Made by a program: the position numbers and the translations under genes | Notes under the pieces: generated by a model | The model's database searches: none | What the model was told of the DNA's origin: nothing | Seen by the model: the letters and a program-made list of their open reading frames with translations, nothing else | In this document: piece by piece, positions 18,066-26,475 of the stretch | Numbering within the stretch: position 1 is the first letter of the stretch | Layout of the letters: the number at the start of each line of letters is the position of its first letter | NCBI GenBank assembly: GCA_048882505.1 | Contig: JBHLRO010000004.1 | Span: forward strand, 213,723 to 245,722 | Length of the DNA stretch: 32,000 nucleotides | From: Candidatus Thorarchaeota archaeon | Lineage (GTDB): Archaea > Asgardarchaeota > Heimdallarchaeia > Hodarchaeales > Hodarchaeaceae | Direction: 5' to 3'

Positions 18066-21000
18066 ATGACTAAAGCCACGAAATCTACAAAAGCTCAACG
18101 TCCCAAGAGCGCCTCTAGCTCAAAGGCCGCACAGGAGAAAGTGGTAAAACGTTCCGCTGCAGACTTCTTTCAGGATAATAAAGCGATTGCTGGCTTCGAT
18201 AACACAATGCGTGTTGTTTTTACTAGTATTCGGGAACTGGTCGAGAATGGGTTGGACGCCGCGGAACGCGTTGGGCATCTACCTGAGATCAGAGTGACAA
18301 TCCAACGGCTCTCACGAGATGAAATTGCGAAGTTATTGAATGTAACTCAATTTGAATCTTCAGAAAAGATCGATTTTCTACATTTAACTGTAAGAGACAA
18401 CGGATCAGGAATCCAATCTGAATTCGTACCACCACTTTTCGGACGTGTTTTAACTGGTAGCAACTACGGTGCTCGCCAGTCTCGTGGACGATTTGGATTA
18501 GGTGCCAAAATGGTTCTTTTGAACGCTATGTCCTCAGTCGATCTTCCATTGGTTATTAAAAGTAAACATCTAAACGAGGATTTTACAAGTTACCATGAGC
18601 TTATGATTAATCTTGCAGAAAATGAACCTATCATCATTAACCGACGTGAGGTTCCCCAGGGAACAGCGGAGGCAATTCCAAACTCTGGAACCGAGGTTAG
18701 TGTAACATTCACAGGGGCCTGGGGCCTTGCTGCTCGCTATGTGTACGATTATTTCTCCCAATTAGCACTGATTACTCCTTATGCCTCCTTTTACATTCAA
18801 TTTCCAGATAGCGATGTTCCAGTCGAGATGGAAAGAGTGGTAGAAGAAATGCCTGCGTATCCTCAAATTGCAAAGGTACACCCTTGGGGAACTGATATAA
18901 CTCAGTTCAAGCGAGAACTTGCCGTAACTCGAGCTTCGACAATGGAACAGTTTCTTCAGGAGCATTTCCAGGGCATCGGCGCAAAGACAGCCAAAGATTT
19001 CCTAGAGTTCGTGGAAATCCAAACCGATAAGCCTCCCGATAAGTTGGAGGCAAGCGAAATTCGGCGTATCGTCCATGAGGGATTTGTGATGCCCGATTCG
19101 GATCCAAAGAAACGGCGTACGCAGAAATATTTTCCCTTTAAACGTCCAAGTGGTGATTCCCTTGCTCCCCTGGGAGAAAACCTATTGGTAAAAGGAATCG
19201 AAACAGAACTATCGCCTCAATTCGTGAGGGCGGCTTCCGGAGATGTTTCTGCCTATTCTGGTCATCCTTTCGTCATCGAAGCTGCTTTGGCATATGGAGG
19301 GCCAAACCTCTCTGGTGAGATAGGGAGCCCAAAGATATATCGGTTTGCAAATCGGATACCGTTATTGTTTGGGGCAGGAAATGATATTATCACAAAATGC
19401 GTCCAAAAAATGAATTGGAAGAACTACAAGATTTCAATAAATAAATCGCCTATTGCTATCGTAGTTTCCGTAGTTTCGTCAAAAATACCATTTCCAGAAA
19501 CCAGTAAGGAGTATATTGCCGATGTGGACGAACTACGGGAAGAAATAAATCGAGTTCTGCGAAAATTAGCACGGGGATTGAGTCAACATTTAGGCCGAGC
19601 TGAAAGAGAACGTCGTGAAAAACAACGACAATCCCGTTTTGAAAGCGCCGCTCCCAAAGTGTTACGTAACTTGATGAATATTGTAGAAGAGACCCCATTC
19701 ATTCTAGAATCAGATGAAGAAGTTGCAAAACTTGAAAAAGCTCTGGCATCGGCAGTTCCCAGACTTGTTCGTCGAAAATATCCGCCAAGTCCCGCCATTT
19801 CCAGTATTGGGGAATGGCTTCCCACTGAAACCTACGGAACTTTGGTCGAGAACGATTTTCAAACGATATTTCAGTTTTTAAGGGCATCTAACGCGGAATT
19901 GAGCAAAATCACAGGCTTTAGTGAGGATCGTATCGATGATATAAAGCGAAGAACGGTTAACGATAAAGAACGTTCAAAACAGGCTCCTCTTATGCGGGAA
20001 TTTGAAGTTTTTAGCAAGAATATCGAAGATGATTTTAGTAAATATCGTGACATGCTTCGAATACATAAGACATTCAATAAGCGTTGGATCGTATCGTCTC
20101 TTGATTTATTTGCAACCCCAGTTTCCCAATTAAGGAATATAGAAGGATTTCCAGAGAAATTAATCTATGAATGTAAAATTAAAGCTGTCGAAATTCGATT
20201 AAACCAGAATTCAAGCGAAACTATTACAATGGAGAACGTTGAATGGGTGACGGATGACCTTCTCAGAGGCTTTAGAAAGGCAAAAATCGATACCATATTT
20301 GATTATATAATTGGCTTCCCTGAAAAATTGGCCCAGATATCGTCCCTAAACCGTCGACTCATCGAATGGGTTAAAGACGAGATCAAGAGAGGAATTAAGG
20401 CCGGTTATATAGATCCTGAGAGCGTCATTGGAGCCGCCTCTTTTGATTGGATGGATTATAAGGTTACTCCTCGTCTTCGCGGTCGAAAAATCTCAAAGAT
20501 TAAAGAGTTTCTTCAAACACCCTCTGAAACATTAGCAGAGTTACCTGAACTGGCCGAAAATCTGATTTTGCGCTCGAAACAGCTTTTTAAAGATAAACTG
20601 GAAGATTTCAATGATCCTGACTCTCTTATGGCTATTCCTGGAATTTCTGAATACATGCAATCTGATTTGACGCGCTTAGAGATCCGTGGATTGGTTGATT
20701 TCCTTTTGAAGGGGGAGAATGAACTTCATATTGTTAGAGGTTTCACGAATCAACTTATTAACATGAAACTAGACGAGATCTATGAGGAGATCATCCAAAA
20801 CCATGAAGCCTTTCCCATAAAAAACGCTTTATGGCTGGATCCTGACTTAGAATCGAAACTTAAGAGCTACAGGATCAATTATGTTTACGATTTTGTGAAA
20901 ACTGCTTCCTCCGAGCTTGAAAAGATTAAAGGAATGGATCCCCACATTTTAAGGACAATAAAAAGTGTTTATGGAACTCCTATACCGTTTCTTACCCCAG

Positions 21001-24000
21001 CTGAAATGAAATCATTAGAATCGAAGAAAATTTTCTGTTTAGAAGAGCTTTATACAGCCGTAAATAATCAACTTCTCCCATCTGGCGCATTGCGCACCAA
21101 AGTAAAGGACCTACTGGACATCCTTTCTCAGCCAATTTGCTTTTTACCTGTTTCAAGCAAATATTACCTATTGTTTCATAATCTCGGAGTATCTAGGATT
21201 TTCGATCTACTTATTTGGAATGACGCGGATCTGCACAAAACCACGAAGGTTTCGTACCAGGTTATTGATCAGATCAAGAGTACACTAAGTTTGGATGAGA
21301 TAAGGGAGTTGATTGAAGAAAAATCAATACCAATACCTGCATTGGGCGGCAATCTAAAGGGTAAAGCGTGGGCACCTCTACTGGAATCAGGTTTAAGCGT
21401 ACAGGCTCTCTATTATGCACTTCCATATTCAACCAAAGAAATGGACGAACTTAATCTTACAGATAAGATGAGAAAACAGCTAGTTCGTTTCTTTAGAACG
21501 CCTGTGACAAATTTGCCGCAGATAAAATCGAAATGGGCTTCACGCCTCCATTCAAATGGTATTAGTACCTTTATTGAAATAATAAGTTGGTCCCGTGAAG
21601 AATTGGTGAGGATCCTAGGTCGAGAGCGTAGTTTCGTTGATAACCTTTTTTCAGAATTTCCTCCTCTTAGATCTGGAATGCCTGTAATTAGCTTAGGTGT
21701 CTTTTCGGCTACTGAAATGAAAATATTAAGAGATTCAGGGTTTGAAACGGTCGAGGACATTTATTTTGGGTTTAAAAAAGAGCTCTTTAGTATAATGGGA
21801 GTTAAATGGAAAAAAATCGAACGATACCAGCGCCGCCTCGAAACGCCAATCGCGATGCTACAGCTGGCGACAACGGCAGAGGGGTCGCAAATCCGGATCT
21901 CTCACGCGGGAATAGAGAGATTGGCGACGAATACGATCGATCAAATCATTAAACTCGTATACTGGGATGATTCGGAATTAAAAACCATTTTAAAAATGTC
22001 TGATGAGCGGGTACAAGAATTAAAAAGATCTATAGCAATTAAGGAAGAAGGAATGCCATTGGGTAGAGTCAGTGGATTTACTCGAAAAGTAGCCGCAACA
22101 CTGACCGGGTATGGCATTGAAACGGTAGAAGATCTATATTTTAGTGCATCTGAAGATATGCTGGATGAGGAAGATGACCTTCAATGGGATGTGGTTAAGA
22201 AAGCAATGGAAGCCTTGGATCTTCCCATTTCATACCTTACTGGAGTGATTCCAGATAATTATATTGAGAAATTACTTGGCAAACGCATAGATACCATTAT
22301 TCGATTCCTGATAACGTCTCCCGAGGAGCTCTCATCTGTACTCGGAACTCCAATTGATAATATCGAAAATTTCCAGCAAAAAATTAACCTTATCGATCTC
22401 CGTGAATCCGCTGAAACGTCCATTTCTATTTTGGACGGATTAAAAAGAAAGGATATTACCACATTCGCGAACGAGGGAATATTAACCGTTTTTGACTTCC
22501 TAACCAGTCCAGATGAACAGATATCAAGTGTGTTGGCCATTGATGTCAAGAAGGTGGAATCAATGAAAAAAGATATACACTTTTCAAGCATAGAGACCAT
22601 AAAGGAAGAAAAAATGATACCCTTGTCATCAATAGCTATTTTTGATCGAAAAACCGTCAAAAAACTGGCGCGCCTTGGAATAGAGAGCCTTTCTGATCTC
22701 TATTATGTTGCAACTTCAAAGAATTTGGAAGAGAGTGCGGTTGAATGGCAGGAAATTCTTGACGCCCGCATTGTGTTAGATATGCCAATAATAGCGAGTT
22801 CTGAGGTATCTCACGAGGAAATTGAAATTCTTCGTAAAGCAAAGATCGTTCGGATTTTGGATTTAATGATGGATGCTACCGAAACTCTGGAAAAGCGAAC
22901 AAAGCTCTCTAGTGATCGCATCGAAACCATTAAGAAATCGATCAACTTTAATGAAATTCTTTCCCTCATTAAAAACCTTTCTTCCCTAAAACTTGATTTT
23001 CCTCCCGATTACAAGAGAAAGATTCAGACCTTAGGCCTTCAGACTATTTACGATTTATTAGCCCATCTTGATCCTGAATTCTATTTGGGCAAGGTTAACG
23101 ATCGAGCATATCGAATAGATTCCAAAAACTGGGAATCTTTATTCTCAGTATTATCTATCCCCATTTCGTTAATTTTGGGTTTGGATCCTACAACCATTAA
23201 ATTATTAAATAAAAAACAGATTCGTACTATGAGAGATGCGCTTGTTGCGTCTGAAACAAGGCTAGAGGGTATTGAGGGTATTGAGCCAGCTGAATTTATT
23301 TCCGATCTAAAAGCCTTGAGTTTTTCTGAAATATTTCAGTTCAAACAGATACCTATGGTCTTTATCCCGAACTTACCCACCGAGTTCATTTTTCCTCTGA
23401 TCGATAATAAGATAACTAGGGTAAAGCACCTGTTGGATGCTTCTCATAGTGATGTAGCAGCAGTTTTAGAAACCTCAAGCGCGCGTGTCCGTAAAATACT
23501 TACCGAATTGAGTATGCCTATAATCATCAAATCAATGGAAGACAATTCGACTCCTCTAGGTCAGTTTTCCTCCCTTGTTTCGAAATCTACCCTACAAAAG
23601 CTTTCCAATGTTGGGATTAGCACCGTTCAAGAATTATATTTGCACGATCGTGAACAACTCAGCTATGAGGGACTCTCGGGATTATTTACTTTATTAGATC
23701 TTCCGATTAATCGGTTATCACCTGATATACCGACTGGGGATCTTAGGAAGCTGTCACAATACGGAATAAATACCCTGTTCCGATGGTTCTTAATGCCAAA
23801 TCCAAATCTTTCAAAAATACTAGGAATGGAGATCAGTGAGATAAAAGAACTCAAGAAAGAATTCGACCCAGAGACGGCTTCATCCGCCAAATTAAGTGAA
23901 ACGGATGTACCCCTAAAGGCTATCGTTGAGACGGGGTACATTGATTTTGATGAACTAGGGAAGGTTGGAATCCAAACATTAGAGGATATGCTATTTGCTG

Positions 24001-25034
24001 ATTTAGAAACTTTAGAATGCTCTGACAAGGTTAAAAAGCGCCTTAATGATCTGATTGATGCAGCAAACTCTTCATTAGCATATTATTCTTTATTAGATCC
24101 AACCTACGTCATGCCACTAGCATTTAACGGTATCACGTCCGTTAGACTATTGATTCAGAGTGATTTTTCACAGATTCGGGACAATATGGGCATCATTGAC
24201 GAAAATGAATATAATACAGCCCGTTCATCTGTGAATCTTGTTAATATTCTGACGCACAAGAAGACTGAATCCGAATTTCGCGTAAAACTGTCTTCACTAA
24301 GGGCCTTTACCCCCAAACAGCTAGAAGTGGTTCAAAAACTGGGAATAGATAATGTGGTTGACCTATATTTTCTTCTAGATCCAGATAAATGTCCTAAATC
24401 AGTAGCAGGTTCAGTGGATAGCGTCAAAAGAGTCTTAGAGAAGCCCTTTGCATCGTTAACTAGTATTAGTGCACCAAATTTAGCACCAAAGGTAGCTTTA
24501 TTATTTAACGCTGGAATTACTTCAATCATCGAATTTCTATTTTGGCCGAAATCTGATCTCGCTGAGCTCTTGGAAATTAAACGATATGAATTAAACAGGT
24601 TTAGAAAGATAAATCTTGGTGATTTAAGAAGGAAGAAGCTCGGTACCCCTCTCGAGAACTTTGTGAGACTCCCTGAAGAGTATATTAAACCTTTAAACGA
24701 ATATGGCATGGATTACATCGAAGATCTTTACTTTTACCTTAAGCGTTATCCAACACTAATACCTGACGATTCGATTCCAGGAAAAATGCGAAATGAATGG
24801 GTTAAGGATCTTGATTCGCCGATTGTGCGACTAGCGGGTTTGCCTATTCCCGTTACTCAGGAATTAATCACAAAGGGAGTAAATCGAATCATTGATTTCT
24901 TATATTGGCCTATGGATGAACTAAAACAGGTATATGGCTTATCAGAGACCAAAATAAAATCAATTAAGAAAAATGTCCGTTTAAGACGAAAAAAAGATGT
25001 ATTGGGACAACTAGACAAGTTTATGGGAGAATAG
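18066..25034 (+). CDS. top6B: DNA topoisomerase VI subunit B fused to a ~1750-aa array of HhH-like repeats
   Basis: 'RELVENGLDA', 'DNGSGI', 'RQSRGRFGLG', H2TH 'FQGIGAKTA', 'RFANRIPLLF', WKxY motif 'WKNY' and transducer 'KIPFPETSKEYI'. Start set at ATG 18066 (AGGTGG upstream) because the track's 18018 start overlaps gyrA. The frame stays open to 25034. Confidence 0.93.
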   Translation: MTKATKSTKAQRPKSASSSKAAQEKVVKRSAADFFQDNKAIAGFDNTMRVVFTSIRELVENGLDAAERVGHLPEIRVTIQRLSRDEIAKLLNVTQFESSEKIDFLHLTVRDNGSGIQSEFVPPLFGRVLTGSNYGARQSRGRFGLGAKMVLLNAMSSVDLPLVIKSKHLNEDFTSYHELMINLAENEPIIINRREVPQGTAEAIPNSGTEVSVTFTGAWGLAARYVYDYFSQLALITPYASFYIQFPDSDVPVEMERVVEEMPAYPQIAKVHPWGTDITQFKRELAVTRASTMEQFLQEHFQGIGAKTAKDFLEFVEIQTDKPPDKLEASEIRRIVHEGFVMPDSDPKKRRTQKYFPFKRPSGDSLAPLGENLLVKGIETELSPQFVRAASGDVSAYSGHPFVIEAALAYGGPNLSGEIGSPKIYRFANRIPLLFGAGNDIITKCVQKMNWKNYKISINKSPIAIVVSVVSSKIPFPETSKEYIADVDELREEINRVLRKLARGLSQHLGRAERERREKQRQSRFESAAPKVLRNLMNIVEETPFILESDEEVAKLEKALASAVPRLVRRKYPPSPAISSIGEWLPTETYGTLVENDFQTIFQFLRASNAELSKITGFSEDRIDDIKRRTVNDKERSKQAPLMREFEVFSKNIEDDFSKYRDMLRIHKTFNKRWIVSSLDLFATPVSQLRNIEGFPEKLIYECKIKAVEIRLNQNSSETITMENVEWVTDDLLRGFRKAKIDTIFDYIIGFPEKLAQISSLNRRLIEWVKDEIKRGIKAGYIDPESVIGAASFDWMDYKVTPRLRGRKISKIKEFLQTPSETLAELPELAENLILRSKQLFKDKLEDFNDPDSLMAIPGISEYMQSDLTRLEIRGLVDFLLKGENELHIVRGFTNQLINMKLDEIYEEIIQNHEAFPIKNALWLDPDLESKLKSYRINYVYDFVKTASSELEKIKGMDPHILRTIKSVYGTPIPFLTPAEMKSLESKKIFCLEELYTAVNNQLLPSGALRTKVKDLLDILSQPICFLPVSSKYYLLFHNLGVSRIFDLLIWNDADLHKTTKVSYQVIDQIKSTLSLDEIRELIEEKSIPIPALGGNLKGKAWAPLLESGLSVQALYYALPYSTKEMDELNLTDKMRKQLVRFFRTPVTNLPQIKSKWASRLHSNGISTFIEIISWSREELVRILGRERSFVDNLFSEFPPLRSGMPVISLGVFSATEMKILRDSGFETVEDIYFGFKKELFSIMGVKWKKIERYQRRLETPIAMLQLATTAEGSQIRISHAGIERLATNTIDQIIKLVYWDDSELKTILKMSDERVQELKRSIAIKEEGMPLGRVSGFTRKVAATLTGYGIETVEDLYFSASEDMLDEEDDLQWDVVKKAMEALDLPISYLTGVIPDNYIEKLLGKRIDTIIRFLITSPEELSSVLGTPIDNIENFQQKINLIDLRESAETSISILDGLKRKDITTFANEGILTVFDFLTSPDEQISSVLAIDVKKVESMKKDIHFSSIETIKEEKMIPLSSIAIFDRKTVKKLARLGIESLSDLYYVATSKNLEESAVEWQEILDARIVLDMPIIASSEVSHEEIEILRKAKIVRILDLMMDATETLEKRTKLSSDRIETIKKSINFNEILSLIKNLSSLKLDFPPDYKRKIQTLGLQTIYDLLAHLDPEFYLGKVNDRAYRIDSKNWESLFSVLSIPISLILGLDPTTIKLLNKKQIRTMRDALVASETRLEGIEGIEPAEFISDLKALSFSEIFQFKQIPMVFIPNLPTEFIFPLIDNKITRVKHLLDASHSDVAAVLETSSARVRKILTELSMPIIIKSMEDNSTPLGQFSSLVSKSTLQKLSNVGISTVQELYLHDREQLSYEGLSGLFTLLDLPINRLSPDIPTGDLRKLSQYGINTLFRWFLMPNPNLSKILGMEISEIKELKKEFDPETASSAKLSETDVPLKAIVETGYIDFDELGKVGIQTLEDMLFADLETLECSDKVKKRLNDLIDAANSSLAYYSLLDPTYVMPLAFNGITSVRLLIQSDFSQIRDNMGIIDENEYNTARSSVNLVNILTHKKTESEFRVKLSSLRAFTPKQLEVVQKLGIDNVVDLYFLLDPDKCPKSVAGSVDSVKRVLEKPFASLTSISAPNLAPKVALLFNAGITSIIEFLFWPKSDLAELLEIKRYELNRFRKINLGDLRRKKLGTPLENFVRLPEEYIKPLNEYGMDYIEDLYFYLKRYPTLIPDDSIPGKMRNEWVKDLDSPIVRLAGLPIPVTQELITKGVNRIIDFLYWPMDELKQVYGLSETKIKSIKKNVRLRRKKDVLGQLDKFMGE
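19788..25034 (+). repeat. Protein-level tandem array of ~28 HhH / RNAP-alpha-CTD / Rad51-N-like repeats (~62 aa average)
   Basis: Recurrent pattern [TM]P[IL]..[LI]..h.......L...GI.T[IV].[DE][LF][LY], e.g. SGFETVEDIY, YGIETVEDLY, EGILTVFDFL, VGISTVQELY, AGITSIIEFL, KGVNRIIDFL. I counted 28 cores by eye. The copies have diverged at DNA level. Confidence 0.85.
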
Positions 25035-25046
25035 GAGGTTTTACTT

Positions 25047-26447
25047 GTGGCTACAATCGTTATAGAAGATGCAACAGGTCTTTCAAAGAAAATTATCCAA
25101 AGCGAATTAGAGGAAGATAGCTCAGTCCGAATCATCCGAGCTCTGGTGAAAAAGGAACTCGATTTAGGTAAACAACCTTTTCAGGTGTTTTTCGGGAAAA
25201 AGCAAGACAAGAACTTTAAGGAGCTTAATGAAAGAACTTTAGATGAGTTTAAGGGGCTTAAAAAGGATAATATAGACCTGATATTGCGTATCCGAAGAAA
25301 AATTGACCTAAACAAACTTCAAAGTCTTCATAAAGTTGTTTCAGATCAGGATGTTGATCTTCCAGTAAGTGTATTGAAGGTTGATAATGTTGAGCCTTCA
25401 GAAACAAAACGCAGGTTACAAGATGTAGCTAGAGAGTTTCTTGAGGAAATTGCCGTTAATCCAGATGGAGCCGCCTTTCGAATTCCAGCCCGTAGTTCAG
25501 AAAATGTAGGGTATGATGATAGCTCAAAAATGGTTCTTTTGGGGAGTCATGTTGTTGATCGTCAGTTTCGTCATTTAAGTAGCGTTCAAGGCATTGTTCA
25601 GCTTACAGGCCTAATGCGGTACATTAATGAGATTCTTGACGCAGAAAAACATGCCACGAAGCGCCATTTATTCTATAGGGACGTGAATCTGTTCGGGAAC
25701 CAACGCGTCTCTGATACCTTGATAGAAGATTTGGGTGCCCTTCTTCGAGTATCTCGTAATTCTCTAAACGTAATTGCTTCTGCAAAAGGCAAAGTTATAG
25801 GCAGACTGACCTTTACAGAAGGTGGAGATTTCATAGATTGTACCCAGGGTTTGGGGGGGCATGCTATTACGCCTATGCTGGATCAAATAGATAATTTTGA
25901 AAGCGACGCGGAATTCGTTTTGGTAATCGAGAAAGACGCAGTATTTCAAGATCTGGCGGAAGACAAGTTCTTTAACTATATACCATGTATTTTGGTTACG
26001 GCCTCAGGTCAACCTGATATGGCCACACGTCTTTTTCTCAAACGATTGTATGAGGAGGTGAAACTTCCTATTTTAGGATTCTTGGACGCCGATCCATATG
26101 GATTGGACATCCTTCGGGTATATAGCATTGGTTCAAAGGCGTTAAGTTTCGAATCCGTTGAGATGGCGATTCCAGATATTCGTTGGTTGGGTTTACTTCC
26201 CTCAGATATAAAAGAATATCAGATCCCTAAATCGGTGCTTATCAAAATGACAGATAATGACATCAAACGAGCTGATGATCTTCTTAAGGAGGATTTCGTT
26301 AAATCACGGCCTGAGTGGGAGAGGCAAATCCAAATTATGAAGGATACGGGTCACAAGGCCGAAATTCAGGCCCTAGCTTCTAAAGATTGGCGGTTTATGA
26401 CGAATACCTATCTCCCGAGCAAGCTAGACTCTGGTAGTTGGGTTTGA
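25047..26447 (+). CDS. top6A: DNA topoisomerase VI subunit A (Spo11 family) with an N-terminal ubiquitin-like domain
   Basis: GGAGG SD plus GTG start. Catalytic Tyr in 'TKRHLFY' (codon 25674-25676), Toprim 'VIEKDAVF' and 'DADPYG', and 'KAEIQAL'. There are ~110 extra N-terminal residues. Confidence 0.95.
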   Translation: MATIVIEDATGLSKKIIQSELEEDSSVRIIRALVKKELDLGKQPFQVFFGKKQDKNFKELNERTLDEFKGLKKDNIDLILRIRRKIDLNKLQSLHKVVSDQDVDLPVSVLKVDNVEPSETKRRLQDVAREFLEEIAVNPDGAAFRIPARSSENVGYDDSSKMVLLGSHVVDRQFRHLSSVQGIVQLTGLMRYINEILDAEKHATKRHLFYRDVNLFGNQRVSDTLIEDLGALLRVSRNSLNVIASAKGKVIGRLTFTEGGDFIDCTQGLGGHAITPMLDQIDNFESDAEFVLVIEKDAVFQDLAEDKFFNYIPCILVTASGQPDMATRLFLKRLYEEVKLPILGFLDADPYGLDILRVYSIGSKALSFESVEMAIPDIRWLGLLPSDIKEYQIPKSVLIKMTDNDIKRADDLLKEDFVKSRPEWERQIQIMKDTGHKAEIQALASKDWRFMTNTYLPSKLDSGSWV

Positions 26448-26475
26448 TAGCCCGAGAAGAACCGGTTTTTCCCCA

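Noticed and set aside
19788-25034. Top6B extension as an intein or inserted mobile element
   Set aside because: It is a C-terminal extension rather than an internal insertion. It has no Cys/Ser start with His-Asn end, no LAGLIDADG or HNH motifs, no transposase and no terminal inverted repeats.
19788-25034. Repeat array as a CRISPR array or DNA tandem repeat
   Set aside because: The periodicity is visible only in the protein. The nucleotide copies are highly diverged, with no identical direct repeats or spacers.
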